Part shown: positions 18,559 to 29,030 of the stretch, one piece after another
Layout of the letters: every line of letters begins with the position of its first letter
Position numbering within the stretch: the first letter of the stretch is position 1
NCBI GenBank assembly: GCA_047603125.1
Contig: JBLKOU010000007.1
Coordinates: forward strand, 1-34,621
Direction: 5' to 3'
DNA from: Candidatus Woesearchaeota archaeon
GTDB lineage: Archaea > Nanobdellota > Nanobdellia > Woesearchaeales > DATGWN01
DNA: 34,621 bases
Notes under the pieces: model-generated
Databases searched by the model: none
What the model saw: only the letters and a program-made list of their open reading frames with translations
What the model was told of the DNA's origin: nothing
Translations under genes and position numbers: made by a program

Positions 18559-20022
18559 TTAAATCCCTTCTAAATGCACTTTTGTAGATTGTCGTTTTTT
18601 CTCAAAAAAAGGAATTTTTACCGGTATTGCAAAACGCGTAAAATTGCTTGTAATAATTGCCTCACCCTTGTCTAACGAAGCAATTGCTCGAGAATCCTCA
18701 CGCAAATCTTGTGCAGCACTTTCTATTATGGCATTTCTCTCAGGTGCCATTTCAATACCAAGTATAATTTTAGTATTCATATTTGCAAGAATATCTTTTG
18801 GAATTTGTGAGGGTAATTGCGTAATTGCACAAAGACCAATAGAAAATTTTCTTCCTTCTTTTGCAATCGTTGAAAAAATATTTGACCCCCTCTCCAAAAT
18901 ATCTTTACCAAGCACACGAAGCGCCTCTTCTAAAACAATACTAATAGTATGATGCGACGGATCAGCAGATTTACACATATCAAACACTTGTTGAGTAATA
19001 ATTGTTGTCACCAATAATTCTTGTTTGCCTGAAAGTGTTGACGTATCAACAATAACTGTTTTTTTTTCTTTAAGTGCGCGAACAATGGATAAAAGAGTTG
19101 AAGATTCTTGAGTAAAAATATCATCCTGTAATAATCTCTGTAATCTTCGCTTCACCACTTGCGGAGTAGCTTCATGAAACTGTACAAAATCAAGTTTCTT
19201 ATCATCAAAAATTGCCTGTATCCACCCCTGTTTATATTGGGAAAAATACGCATATAAAAGTTCTTCTTGAGCTTGCGAGAAATTAAAAGGCTGTAAATGT
19301 TTTGGATGAATTTGCTCATAACTAATTCGAAGCGTTGTTGCACCTGGAAATGATTTTTGAGAAAAATATAATCCGTTCTTTGACCAGTTTGGATGATCTT
19401 TTAACCCTGCAGATTGTCTTCCAATATACTCATCATGTGGATCAAAAACTAATAATGCCGCTTGCGCATCATCAAGTAATTCATAGAGAATATGTTTAAG
19501 TAAATTACTCTTTCCTTTTCCCGTTGTCGCACCTATGAGCACATGATGCGAGAGAACCTGTTTTGTGTTAATTGCAATTGAAATATCCATGACTTGCGTT
19601 CCACTTCGTAAATCCCCTATATAGAGCCCTTGTGTGCTTAAAAAATCCATATCGGACTTTTCCACCGTTCGTACAAGAGTAAAAAAAGAAGGAAGCGCTT
19701 TTGGAGGAGATGTTTGCACCTTTGCAGCCTTTGTGTCAATTGTTAAAACAATTTTTGCAAGCGCAATTGTATAATTTCGAAGCTCACTCTCAAATAAGGT
19801 AACTGGTTGCTCATATTCAAGTTGCATCCCTGAAATTAACTCCAGATTTTGCGAAGAAATTTGTGAACCAAATGTCAAATCATAGACCTGAACGAGCATT
19901 TTTTGCTCATTTTGAGCAGCAGATTCTACAATTAAAAGCTCACCAATCTGAAATGGTTGCGTACTTTTTTGGCGAATACATAACCGATCAAATGTCCCAC
20001 CTACAATTTGCCCTTTTTGCAT
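18559..20022 (-). CDS. herA: HerA-like DNA helicase/translocase
   Basis: N-terminal HAS barrel, [48 protein letters not shown]. Confidence 0.92.
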   Translation of the reverse strand: MQKGQIVGGTFDRLCIRQKSTQPFQIGELLIVESAAQNEQKMLVQVYDLTFGSQISSQNLELISGMQLEYEQPVTLFESELRNYTIALAKIVLTIDTKAAKVQTSPPKALPSFFTLVRTVEKSDMDFLSTQGLYIGDLRSGTQVMDISIAINTKQVLSHHVLIGATTGKGKSNLLKHILYELLDDAQAALLVFDPHDEYIGRQSAGLKDHPNWSKNGLYFSQKSFPGATTLRISYEQIHPKHLQPFNFSQAQEELLYAYFSQYKQGWIQAIFDDKKLDFVQFHEATPQVVKRRLQRLLQDDIFTQESSTLLSIVRALKEKKTVIVDTSTLSGKQELLVTTIITQQVFDMCKSADPSHHTISIVLEEALRVLGKDILERGSNIFSTIAKEGRKFSIGLCAITQLPSQIPKDILANMNTKIILGIEMAPERNAIIESAAQDLREDSRAIASLDKGEAIITSNFTRFAIPVKIPFFEKKRQSTKVHLEGI

Positions 20023-20108
20023 ACAATGAAGAAAAGACTTTTTGTTAATAAAGTTACTTATTCTTCAGGCAGCTTCATCCAAAAAAACCTTATTTAACGA
20101 CAATAAAA

Positions 20109-20206
20109 AATTATAATTCCTTGGCGCAGAATCAGAATTTCGAGGAGTTGCGCGCCGGAGAAATTCGCAAGATGAACCGCTGTTCAAAAATCGCCGCATT
20201 ATAATT
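20109..20206. repeat. Repeat family C, copy 2
   Basis: AATTATAAT...GGCG...GAATTTC...GAAATTC...TGAACCGCTGTTCA...CGCCGCATTATAATT. Confidence 0.8.
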
Positions 20207-20216
20207 CACTTCTACC

Positions 20217-20410
20217 GGCTTCATTCTAAAATTGTTTTCAAAAAAGAGCTCACAGACTTAACTCAAGAGTCCCGCTTTGAGAATCATGCGAAAATTCAGA
20301 TGTATTTCTTCGGATTATCATCCTCACGTTTGAAAGAAACCTTCAAACAATCAGTAAATTTTCTCATTTTACACCTAGATGCTCTTTTTTCTTATTTTTT
20401 GGATGAAGCC
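20217..20410 (-). repeat. Repeat family B, copy 3 (uninterrupted, about 194 bp)
   Basis: GGCTTCATT...GGATGAAGCC terminal inverted repeats. Full internal homology to B copy 1. Confidence 0.8.
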
Positions 20411-20428
20411 ACGTCTGTCTAAAAAAAC

Positions 20429-21556
20429 CTATTCCAAAGCCTCTTTAATTTTTTCAAGAATCGTGCGCTTTCCTTTCGCTTTCCCACCCAAAGACTCATC
20501 AAGCTTTTCTATGAGCTCACGCTGTTCTTTTGAGATTTTTGTTGGAACATCCACTTCAACACGCACATACTGATCTCCAGAACCAAAGCCTTGCAGATGT
20601 GTAATTCCTTTTGACTTCATACGAAATTTCGTTCCACTCTGTGTTCCTGCAGGAATAACCAATTTTGCCTTCCCACCCAATGTTGGTACTTGAACTTGAT
20701 CCCCAAAAACTGCTTGTGCATACGTCATTTTCAATTTCACATGAATATCATCACCAACACGCGTAAACACATCATGTTCTTTGACACGAACTTGTACATA
20801 TAGATCACCCGCGACACCACCACGACTTGAAGCCTCACCCTTTCCTGCAACTCGAAGACGTTGTCCCGTATCTATACCCGCAGGGATGGAAACTTCAATA
20901 TCTTCTGTTTTTTGAACACGTCCCTCACCATGACAAGAAGAACAGGGTTTTTCAATCACAATGCCGCTTCCATGACAAGTTCGACACATTGTTTGCGTTT
21001 GAAAAACACCAAAAGGTGTTCGCTGCGTTTGTGTCATGCGCCCAGTCCCATGACAAGTTGAACATGTGCGCGCATCTTCATCTTTTTGGTATCCTTTTCC
21101 TGAACACGCATCACAAGTCGAGTGTTTATGCACTTGAATTGTTTTTTTCACGCCAAAGGCAGCTTCTTCAAGTGTAAGATCAAGTTCATATAGTAAATCA
21201 GAACCCCGTTCTCGCCCTCTACTTCGACCATGGGAACCACCGCCACCAAAAAACGATTCAAAAATATCTTCAAAGCCACCAAAACCCTCAAAACCTCCAA
21301 AGCCTTCGAAACCACCACCAGCTGAGCCTCCATGCATGGAGTCGGCTGTGCCGAAACGATCATAATGCGATCGCTTCTGGTCATCCATAAGCACTTTGGC
21401 AGCCTCATTTATTTCTTTGAACTTTTTTTCAGCCTCAGGACTTCCTTTATTCAAATCCGGATGATATTGTTTTGCAAGTTTTTTATACGCTTTTTTAATT
21501 TCATCCTTACTTGCGTTCTTGGAAATTCCAAGCGTTTGATAATAGTCCTGAGCCAT
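20429..21556 (-). CDS. dnaJ: Chaperone DnaJ
   Basis: J-domain HPD, G/F-rich region, four CxxCxGxG repeats. Confidence 0.98.
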   Translation of the reverse strand: MAQDYYQTLGISKNASKDEIKKAYKKLAKQYHPDLNKGSPEAEKKFKEINEAAKVLMDDQKRSHYDRFGTADSMHGGSAGGGFEGFGGFEGFGGFEDIFESFFGGGGSHGRSRGRERGSDLLYELDLTLEEAAFGVKKTIQVHKHSTCDACSGKGYQKDEDARTCSTCHGTGRMTQTQRTPFGVFQTQTMCRTCHGSGIVIEKPCSSCHGEGRVQKTEDIEVSIPAGIDTGQRLRVAGKGEASSRGGVAGDLYVQVRVKEHDVFTRVGDDIHVKLKMTYAQAVFGDQVQVPTLGGKAKLVIPAGTQSGTKFRMKSKGITHLQGFGSGDQYVRVEVDVPTKISKEQRELIEKLDESLGGKAKGKRTILEKIKEALE

Positions 21557-21567
21557 GGTTTACAAAT

Positions 21568-23484
21568 TTACTTTTTCTTTTCCGTAGACTGTTTTTGATC
21601 TTTTGGATCAGCTTCATCTTGTTGATTCTTTTCGTCTTTGGATTCCGAAAAGTCGGCATCTATAACATCCTCTTCATCAGTCTTTTTTGCATGTTCCTGT
21701 GACTGCCCTTGAGCACCATCTTTTGGTGCTTCTTTTTGGGCTGCTGCTGCAGCTTGTTCATAGAGCTTTGTGGAAACTTCTTGCATTTTCTTATTTGCAA
21801 CTTCATATTGCTCACTGATTGCTTTTACATCCTTATTTTGTGCTTTTAATAATTCTTTGAGTTTATCAACTTCAACTTTGACATCGTCAATAAGTTTTTT
21901 ATCAACCTTATCGCCTAAGTCCTTTGTCATTGTATCAAATTGGAATGTCAATGCATCAGCTTTATTCACTGTTTCCACTTCATCCTTTTTCTTTTTATCA
22001 GCTTCTTCATTATCTTTTGCTTCTTGTTTCATGCGCTCAATCTCTTCTTTTGAGAGATTTGTTGTTGCAGTTATTTTAATGGACTGCTCTTTGCCCGTCC
22101 CTAAATCTTTTGCACTCACATGAACAATTCCATTTGCATCAATATTAAAAGTTACCTCAACTTGAGGAACACCGCGTGGCGCTGGTGGAATACCAACAAG
22201 GTCGAATTTACCAAGTACCTTATTATCTGTTGCCATTGGTCGCTCACCCTGCAATACATGAATTGTCACGGCTGTTTGATTATCAGCTGCTGTACTAAAT
22301 ACTTGTGACTTTTTTACTGGAATCGTTGTATTTTTCTCAATAAGTGGCGTCATAACCCCACCAAGCGTTTCAATTCCTAGCGTTAATGGTGTTACATCAA
22401 GCAAGAGAACATCTTTTACATCTCCACCTAAAATACCACCTTGAATTGCAGCACCCATTGCAACAGCTTCATCGGGGTTTACTGATTTATCACCAGTCTT
22501 TCCAATTAAATCTTGAACAATCTTTTGCACACTTGGAATACGAGTAGAACCACCAACAAAAATAACTTTGTCAACAGAACCACCTTCAAGCTTTGCATCT
22601 TTGAGCGCTTGTTTTGTTGGTTCGCGAAGTTTTTCTAAAATAGGTTTGAGCATAATTTCAAACTTATCCCTTGATAATTCCGTATTAATATGCTTTGGAC
22701 CGCTTTGATCTGCAGTAATAAATGGAATATTAATTGTTGTTGTGGATTTAGAAGACAATTCCATCTTTGCTTTTTCTGCAGCGTCTTTGAGTCGTTGTAA
22801 ACTCGCTGGATCTTCGCGCAAATCAATAGAATACTGATTCTTAAAATCATTTGCAAGCCAGTCAATAATTAACTCATCAACATCATCACCGCCTAAGTGA
22901 TTATCACCACTTGTAGACTTTACTTCAAAAACACCATCTCCTAATTCAAGAATCGAAACATCAAATGTTCCTCCACCAAAGTCAAACACAAGTACTGTGT
23001 GCTCATTGCCTTTCTCAAGACCATATGCAAGCGCAGCAGCTGTTGGTTCGTTAATAATACGCTCAACTGTTAAACCTGCAATTTCACCCGCATCCTTAGT
23101 TGCTTGACGCTGTGAGTCAGAAAAATATGCAGGGACTGTAATCACTGCTCTTGTTACTGGCTGACCTAAATAACTTTCTGCATCTGCTTTTAACTTTTGT
23201 AATACTTTTGCAGAAATTTCTTGAGGCGTATAATTTTTATCTTCAATTGTTACTGAATAATCTTCACCCATGTGTCGCTTAATAGAGCGAACTGTGTGTT
23301 TTGGATCAGTAATAGCCATATTTTTGGCTGCAACTCCAACAGTTGTTTCTTCATTTTTAATCGTCACTACTGATGGTGTTGTTCTAGAGCCTTCCGCATT
23401 TGGAATAACCACTGGCTTTCCACCTTCAAGTACACTGACACATGAATTCGTTGTTCCTAAATCAATTCCTATTATCTTTGACAT
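21568..23484 (-). CDS. dnaK: Chaperone DnaK (Hsp70)
   Basis: [36 protein letters not shown]. Confidence 0.99.
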   Translation of the reverse strand: MSKIIGIDLGTTNSCVSVLEGGKPVVIPNAEGSRTTPSVVTIKNEETTVGVAAKNMAITDPKHTVRSIKRHMGEDYSVTIEDKNYTPQEISAKVLQKLKADAESYLGQPVTRAVITVPAYFSDSQRQATKDAGEIAGLTVERIINEPTAAALAYGLEKGNEHTVLVFDFGGGTFDVSILELGDGVFEVKSTSGDNHLGGDDVDELIIDWLANDFKNQYSIDLREDPASLQRLKDAAEKAKMELSSKSTTTINIPFITADQSGPKHINTELSRDKFEIMLKPILEKLREPTKQALKDAKLEGGSVDKVIFVGGSTRIPSVQKIVQDLIGKTGDKSVNPDEAVAMGAAIQGGILGGDVKDVLLLDVTPLTLGIETLGGVMTPLIEKNTTIPVKKSQVFSTAADNQTAVTIHVLQGERPMATDNKVLGKFDLVGIPPAPRGVPQVEVTFNIDANGIVHVSAKDLGTGKEQSIKITATTNLSKEEIERMKQEAKDNEEADKKKKDEVETVNKADALTFQFDTMTKDLGDKVDKKLIDDVKVEVDKLKELLKAQNKDVKAISEQYEVANKKMQEVSTKLYEQAAAAAQKEAPKDGAQGQSQEHAKKTDEEDVIDADFSESKDEKNQQDEADPKDQKQSTEKKK

Positions 23485-24055
23485 TTTGACTATCCTCCGT
23501 TACTATTACTTTTCCATATTGTAGTATGGTATCATTTATTTTGTATGCTGGCGTAATAACTCGCACAACAGTATTTGGTTTCTCCCCATTATCCCCACGA
23601 ATAACTTGAATTGCCTGAGCAACACTGCTATTAAATGGTTCATGTAATAAAGGTATTTCTTGCAAGCCATGCTCTTGAAGCACTGTTTGCAATTGATGGT
23701 AAATCATTTGCACACCTTGTGTGAACTCATTTTGTTCTTTAATATGTGAAAGGGAAATTTTGAGCATATCAAACACAGGAAGTAATTCTTTTATCAGTGT
23801 TCGAGTCGCCTGCTCTTTTTGATATTCTTGTTGCTTTTCCATGCGTTTTTGGTAATTTTCAAATTCCGCCTGTTTTCGCTTGACCAAATCAGTTAAATCC
23901 GCAATTTGCGCTTGTAGCTGATCAATTTCAGTCTGTGGCTGCTCAGCAAATGGATTTTTTTCCTGTGAGTCTTTCGACTCGCTGCCTACTTGCTGACCAG
24001 ACAAAACATCCTCTGATGTCTCTTGCCCAATATCCTTTTTCGCATTTTCGTCCAT
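23462..24055 (-). CDS. grpE: Nucleotide exchange factor GrpE
   Basis: [28 protein letters not shown]. Directly upstream of dnaK. Start reassigned to the ATG at 24055. Confidence 0.93.
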   Translation of the reverse strand: MDENAKKDIGQETSEDVLSGQQVGSESKDSQEKNPFAEQPQTEIDQLQAQIADLTDLVKRKQAEFENYQKRMEKQQEYQKEQATRTLIKELLPVFDMLKISLSHIKEQNEFTQGVQMIYHQLQTVLQEHGLQEIPLLHEPFNSSVAQAIQVIRGDNGEKPNTVVRVITPAYKINDTILQYGKVIVTEDSQNVKDNRN

Positions 24056-24282
24056 TTTATCCCTTTTTCCGTTGACTTTAAATCGACAAACAATAATCAT
24101 TTATAAATTTTTTGAAGTTTCAGTCAAATTTTTCCTTCATCTTATAAGAAAAGAAAAATATACCAGAGTCCAAAAGTAGTTTCATAGAACTCACTCATAC
24201 AAACTCTTAAATAAAGGTAAACTCAAAAAAACAAAAACATTTAAAAATAGACTCATGTTTCGAAACTACACATTTCATGAAT

Positions 24283-24356
24283 GGGGTTATGGGGTAATCT
24301 GGTTATCCTTCCTGGTTTGGGGCCAGGTGATCCCGGTTCGAATCCGGGTAATCCCA
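24283..24356 (+). tRNA. tRNA-Pro(TGG)
   Basis: GGGGTTA/TAATCCC acceptor stem, CCTGG-TT-TGG-GG-CCAGG anticodon arm, CCCGG-TTCGAAT-CCGGG T arm. Confidence 0.96.
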
Positions 24357-24372
24357 GTTTTGGGTTAAAAAA

Positions 24373-24603
24373 ATGGCAAAAGAACATAAAAAGCTTCCTT
24401 CCAATCGCTTTGGAGCACGATATGGTGCAAAGAACCGAGAAAAAGTAGGAAATCTTGAAAAACAGTACAAACAAAAACTCGAAGACCCCATCACCGGAAA
24501 AATAGGTGGTGTTAAACGTCTTGCAAGTGGTATTTACGTAAGCAAAAAAACCGGCATTAAGTTTGCAGGCCGAGCATACACACCTGACAGGTCACAAATA
24601 TGA
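24373..24603 (+). CDS. rpl37ae: 50S ribosomal protein L37Ae (eL43), cysteine-free variant
   Basis: RFGARYG, VKRLASGIY, FAGRAY.P. Canonical position directly upstream of rpoP. Confidence 0.93.
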   Translation: MAKEHKKLPSNRFGARYGAKNREKVGNLEKQYKQKLEDPITGKIGGVKRLASGIYVSKKTGIKFAGRAYTPDRSQI

Positions 24604-24737
24604 GCGAATATAGATGTTTTGAATGTGCAAAGATTGTATCGCAAGAATATTTGCGAAAAAAAGTCAGATGCCCGTATTGTGGAAGTAAAATTTTATTCAA
24701 AGTTCGATCCTCAACCACAAAAGTAAAGGCGAGATGA
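24600..24737 (+). CDS. rpoP: RNA polymerase subunit P (Rpo12)
   Basis: Below the ORF-track size cutoff: MSEYRCFECAK...VRCPYCGSKILFKVRSSTTKVKAR*. ATGA overlaps at both ends. Confidence 0.95.
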   Translation: MSEYRCFECAKIVSQEYLRKKVRCPYCGSKILFKVRSSTTKVKAR

Positions 24738-24952
24738 TTCACGCAACCCTCACAATTTCAGATAAAGATAAACACATCAGTAAACTCTTTGCAAGTGAGG
24801 ATCAAAAAACACCGCGCGCATCATACATATTAACACACAAAGATGACAACGCCGAGTTTGTTATACGCGCTACAGACATTACTGCTTTTCGTGCAATACA
24901 AAATGCCATTATCAAACAACTCACAATTTATGAGAAAATAAAAAAACTATGA
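24734..24952 (+). CDS. pcc1: KEOPS complex subunit Pcc1
   Basis: IRATDITAFRAIQNAII motif, 72 aa, conserved synteny after rpoP. Confidence 0.85.
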   Translation: MIHATLTISDKDKHISKLFASEDQKTPRASYILTHKDDNAEFVIRATDITAFRAIQNAIIKQLTIYEKIKKL

Positions 24953-25110
24953 CACAAAAAACACAATATGAACATGCAATTGAACAACTAAAAACAACTC
25001 AAGTCGCATACGAGTTAGTTGGGAGCATTCTCATAAAGCGCGATCCAAAACAATTATGTGAACAATTAGAAGGTGAAGAAAATGCCAGAGACGATTCATC
25101 AAGAAATTAA
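24949..25110 (+). CDS. pfdB: Truncated/miniature prefoldin beta subunit (53 aa)
   Basis: MTQKTQYEHAIEQLKTTQVAYELVGSILIKRDPKQLCEQLEGEENARDDSSRN*. YxxVGxILI beta-hairpin signature, conserved position after pcc1, ATGA coupling. Confidence 0.7.
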   Translation: MTQKTQYEHAIEQLKTTQVAYELVGSILIKRDPKQLCEQLEGEENARDDSSRN

Positions 25111-25342
25111 CGGAGTTATTGAAGCACTCCAAGAACTTGCAACCGATAATACCATTCCAAATGGTGTTCGAACAAAAATTACAACGATTATCTCTTCTTT
25201 AAAAGATAAAAATATTGATATAGCTATTCGCATAAATAAAGTTCAAGACGAACTAGAAACAATAACAAACGATTCAAACATCCCATCATATACAAGAACA
25301 CAATTGTGGAATGTCTCGAGTATGCTTGAATTTATTCAATAA
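25082..25342 (+). CDS. UPF0147 family protein
   Basis: DNTIPNGVR...LETITNDSNIPSYTRTQLWNVSSMLE. GGTGA ribosome-binding site upstream of the ATG at 25082. Confidence 0.88.
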   Translation: MPETIHQEINGVIEALQELATDNTIPNGVRTKITTIISSLKDKNIDIAIRINKVQDELETITNDSNIPSYTRTQLWNVSSMLEFIQ

Positions 25343-25363
25343 TTTTTTTACCAAGACTCTTAA

Positions 25364-27028
25364 TTACTTATGACCAAACCAGAAATTATATACGCCATCT
25401 TTGATTTGATCTAATCGGCAAAAACCAAACCGTTCAAATTGAACAATGTCGCCAACTTTACACTGAGAAATTGTTTTCTCCCCCACACCTTTTTTTATGG
25501 AAGCATCAGGCATATGAATATGAACGGTTACTAATTGATCTTGCTGTGCAGGTAACCAGTGAATTATCCCGGCCTTACTCTTATGACTCTTATACTCATC
25601 ATATGTTTTACTAATTACTGTCGTCTGTTCAATATTAACAAAGTCTGCAAGTCGAACAACCCCTTTTTGCAATAAATGCTCATCAGCTTGCTCAATAAAA
25701 ATAAGAGAGTCCACGTTCATAACGCGCCCATCTGTTTTTTCAGGTAAAATGGATAAAACTACTTGTTGTTGTATATCAATACGTAATTGCACAGGTTTTT
25801 CTACAAAAAAGAAACGTTTTGCAATCGGATCAATGATTCGTTTATTTAATGCATCAATTGTTTGAAAAAATTCTTGTGCAGCAACAACTTTATCCACGCG
25901 TGATAAACCATTTGCTTTTGCATATGATAAAAATGCCTGTGCCTGATATCCACGACGCTTTAAGGGTTGTAAAAACGGAAGTCGAATATCTTGCCAACCA
26001 GTAAACTCACCTTTTGCAATTTTCTCCCGTGTTTTTGATGCAGAAAGTTCTAAACCAGTAAACTTATATCTTCCTGTAAAATACGAAACCGGTGGATTTT
26101 TACCCACAGCTGCAAATAACAATTCTTGACGCTTTGCATTATCCGCATGATCTTTTGCACGAATAACATGAGTCATACCCGAGTGCAAATCATCAACAAA
26201 GACTGAGAAGTTCATAAGAGGCCACACACGATATGTTTTTCCCTGACGAGGATGAACCACCTCACTAATACGAAGCAAAGGAAAATCACGCATCGCCGGG
26301 TTTTTATGCGCCATATCTCCTTTAAACCGAACAACTGCTTGCCCTTCTTTATACGTGCCATCTAACATTTTTTCAAATCGTTGCAATTGTTCTTTTGGAG
26401 ATGCTTTTTTTGATTCCGGATCAATTTGTTTTTCCACACATTGCGCAAATTCTTCCACACTTGATGTATCCACATACAAACTGCCGTTTTGCAACATGTC
26501 TTTTGCCATGTCATAATACAGTTTCATCCGATCGGACTGAATTATCACTTCATCAACTTGAGAAAAAATCCATTTTGCATCTTCTTGTAATAAATCATAT
26601 GCTTGCGAATCAATTTTTTGCGCATTTGTATCTTCTATGCGCAAAATAAATTTCCCACCATATTTTTTCACATAGAGTGCAGTCAATCCACCCGTGATTG
26701 CATGACCAATATGCATAGGACCGCTTGGTGAAGGAGCAAAGCGCATCACCACATTTCCATGTTTTGCTTGATCTAAGTCCTTGAGTTCATCAGACTTTTG
26801 TTTTTTTTGTTGAGGACCGCCAAGCTCTTCTAAACGTGCAACTTGTTCATCATTTGACAACGCATTTACTTTTGAGACAACACTCTCAATTGTTTGCATG
26901 ACTTGTTGCATATTGTTTTTTGCATCAGGGTACTCACGAATCACCGAACCAATAAGCGCTTTCGGATTTGCTTTACCCCCATACTTACATGCATTTTCAA
27001 GAGCAATTTTTTCAACAAAGTCTTCCAT
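25364..27028 (-). CDS. gltX: Glutamyl-tRNA synthetase (archaeal-type)
   Basis: ALENA.KYGGKAN N-terminus, RFAPSPSGPMHIGH, LRIEDT, HKNPAMRD, VQFERFGFCRLD. Confidence 0.97.
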   Translation of the reverse strand: MEDFVEKIALENACKYGGKANPKALIGSVIREYPDAKNNMQQVMQTIESVVSKVNALSNDEQVARLEELGGPQQKKQKSDELKDLDQAKHGNVVMRFAPSPSGPMHIGHAITGGLTALYVKKYGGKFILRIEDTNAQKIDSQAYDLLQEDAKWIFSQVDEVIIQSDRMKLYYDMAKDMLQNGSLYVDTSSVEEFAQCVEKQIDPESKKASPKEQLQRFEKMLDGTYKEGQAVVRFKGDMAHKNPAMRDFPLLRISEVVHPRQGKTYRVWPLMNFSVFVDDLHSGMTHVIRAKDHADNAKRQELLFAAVGKNPPVSYFTGRYKFTGLELSASKTREKIAKGEFTGWQDIRLPFLQPLKRRGYQAQAFLSYAKANGLSRVDKVVAAQEFFQTIDALNKRIIDPIAKRFFFVEKPVQLRIDIQQQVVLSILPEKTDGRVMNVDSLIFIEQADEHLLQKGVVRLADFVNIEQTTVISKTYDEYKSHKSKAGIIHWLPAQQDQLVTVHIHMPDASIKKGVGEKTISQCKVGDIVQFERFGFCRLDQIKDGVYNFWFGHK

Positions 27029-27029
27029 T

Positions 27030-28931
27030 TTATTTTTTATCCTTTATTTCTTGAACCAACGATTGGCAAAACTCATCCACAGTTTTCTCACCATGAACCA
27101 CATTATCACGCGTACGAATGTTTACTGTTTTGTTCTCAACTTCGCTATCCCCAATAACAACAATATAATTGACTTGTTCAAGCTGTGCCTCACGAACCTT
27201 TTTTGACGTTGTCAACGGCCGCGTATCAATATGTGCACGCATACCAAGATCTGCTAATCGTTTTTGTATTATTTGACAATAATCTGTATGTCTGTCTGCA
27301 ATAGGTAACAACTTTACTTGTACGGGAGAAATCCACAAAGGAAATTTTCCGGCAAAGTGCTCAACCATTATTGCAAAAAATCGTTCTAATGAACCTAATA
27401 TTGCACGATGAATCATCACTGCTTCGTGTTTCTTTCCATCAGCACCCTCATATTGACATTCAAATCGATGCGGTAAATTAAAATCAAGCTGACAAGTCGG
27501 ACATTGCCATTTTCTTCCAAGTGCATCTTCTAAATCGATATCAATTTTTGGACCGTAAAATGCACCATCACCATCTTTGACTTGATAAGGAATTTGCAAT
27601 GAATTCAGCGCATTTTTAAGCATCCCTTCAGCCTTATCCCATAACTTATCATCCCCAAGTTTTTCTTCCGGTCGTGTCGATAAATAATATGTCAGATCAA
27701 AACCAAACACATCAACCCACACATATTGAATAAAATCAAGCACCCCTTTGACTTCTTGTTCAATTTGATCAAATGTACAAAAAATATGCGCGTCATCTTG
27801 AGCAAATCGTCGCACACGAGTCAGACCTGTTAATGTTCCACTCAATTCATTTCTATGCAAATATCCAAAATCTGCAACTCGAAACGGTAAATCTCGATAA
27901 CTTTTTGCATGCTTATTAAAAATCAGACAATGCGACGGACAATTCATCGGTTTTAAGGAATGCTGCTGCCCTTCGACATCAATAATGAACATATTTTCTT
28001 TATAATGTTGCCAATGACCTGAAATTTCCCACAATTTTTTATTAAATAACTGCGGTGTCATTACTTCTTTATATCCACGCAACTTGTATTGTTCTCGCAA
28101 AAATGATAAGAGTTCATTATACATAATCGTTCCTTTTTCCAAAAAGAATGCACAACCCGGGGCAAACTCATGAAACATTACCAGCTGTTGATCTTGCACA
28201 ATTTTTCTATGATCACGAAGTGCTGCTTGCTCCATTTTCCTCTTATATTCTTTGAGTAAATCTTTTGAAGGAAATGAAATACCATAAATTCTTTGAAGCT
28301 GCGCCTTTGTACTATCAGCACGCCAATATGCACCACTATGCTTTGTGAGCGTCACCGCCTTAATTCTTCCTGTTGAAAGAACATGGGGACCCCGACACAA
28401 ATCAAAAAAGTCTCCGTTTTTGTACAATGTTAATTTTTCTTGTTTATATTCTTCTATTAATTCTAACTTAAACTCATTATCAGCAAATAATTTCTGCGCC
28501 TTCTCGTGTGATAACTCTTCACGCTCAAAAGGAATATTCTCTTTGACAATTGATTTCATCTCTTGCTCAATTTTTGAAATATCTTGATCAGTGAAAGGTT
28601 TTTCCACATAAATATCATAATAAAAACCCTGCTCGATAGGCGGACCAATTGTTAATTTTGCTTGAGGAAATAAACGTTTAACTGCCATTGCTAAAACATG
28701 CGCGGATGAGTGCCAAAAAATTTCTTTTCCTTGCACATCTGAAAATGTTAAAACGGTGAGTGTACAATCCTGCATAATCGGTGTTGTTAAATCAACACAT
28801 TCATTATCAAATTTCGCCGCAATTGCAGCTCGAAACAAACCCTCACCAATATGCTTATTGATAAAGTCTGCTGCAGTGATACCCTCAACTTCTGAGACTA
28901 TGCTTCCATCAGGCAATGTTACTGTAACCAT
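27030..28931 (-). CDS. thrS: Threonyl-tRNA synthetase (bacterial/eukaryote-type, with TGS and editing domains)
   Basis: TLPDGS, HSSAHVLA, DLCRGPH, RDHRK, LKPMNCP, GAFYGPKID, IHRAILGSLERF. Confidence 0.98.
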   Translation of the reverse strand: MVTVTLPDGSIVSEVEGITAADFINKHIGEGLFRAAIAAKFDNECVDLTTPIMQDCTLTVLTFSDVQGKEIFWHSSAHVLAMAVKRLFPQAKLTIGPPIEQGFYYDIYVEKPFTDQDISKIEQEMKSIVKENIPFEREELSHEKAQKLFADNEFKLELIEEYKQEKLTLYKNGDFFDLCRGPHVLSTGRIKAVTLTKHSGAYWRADSTKAQLQRIYGISFPSKDLLKEYKRKMEQAALRDHRKIVQDQQLVMFHEFAPGCAFFLEKGTIMYNELLSFLREQYKLRGYKEVMTPQLFNKKLWEISGHWQHYKENMFIIDVEGQQHSLKPMNCPSHCLIFNKHAKSYRDLPFRVADFGYLHRNELSGTLTGLTRVRRFAQDDAHIFCTFDQIEQEVKGVLDFIQYVWVDVFGFDLTYYLSTRPEEKLGDDKLWDKAEGMLKNALNSLQIPYQVKDGDGAFYGPKIDIDLEDALGRKWQCPTCQLDFNLPHRFECQYEGADGKKHEAVMIHRAILGSLERFFAIMVEHFAGKFPLWISPVQVKLLPIADRHTDYCQIIQKRLADLGMRAHIDTRPLTTSKKVREAQLEQVNYIVVIGDSEVENKTVNIRTRDNVVHGEKTVDEFCQSLVQEIKDKK

Positions 28932-29030
28932 AGAAAAAAAGAAACCTTCTTTCTTTTTAAAGCTACTGGCATTTTTTATTGTTATTACTTTTTAGTTACA
29001 TTTATAAACTCTGCGAATTCACATCCCTTT

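Noticed and set aside
18559..20022. HerA as part of an anti-phage system (Sir2-HerA or DUF4297-HerA type)
   Set aside because: There is no effector partner. The proximity to mre11 fits the housekeeping repair helicase.
24253..24494. Minus-strand ORFs containing GLPGFEPGSPGPKPG
   Set aside because: This is the typical antisense translation of tRNA-Pro.
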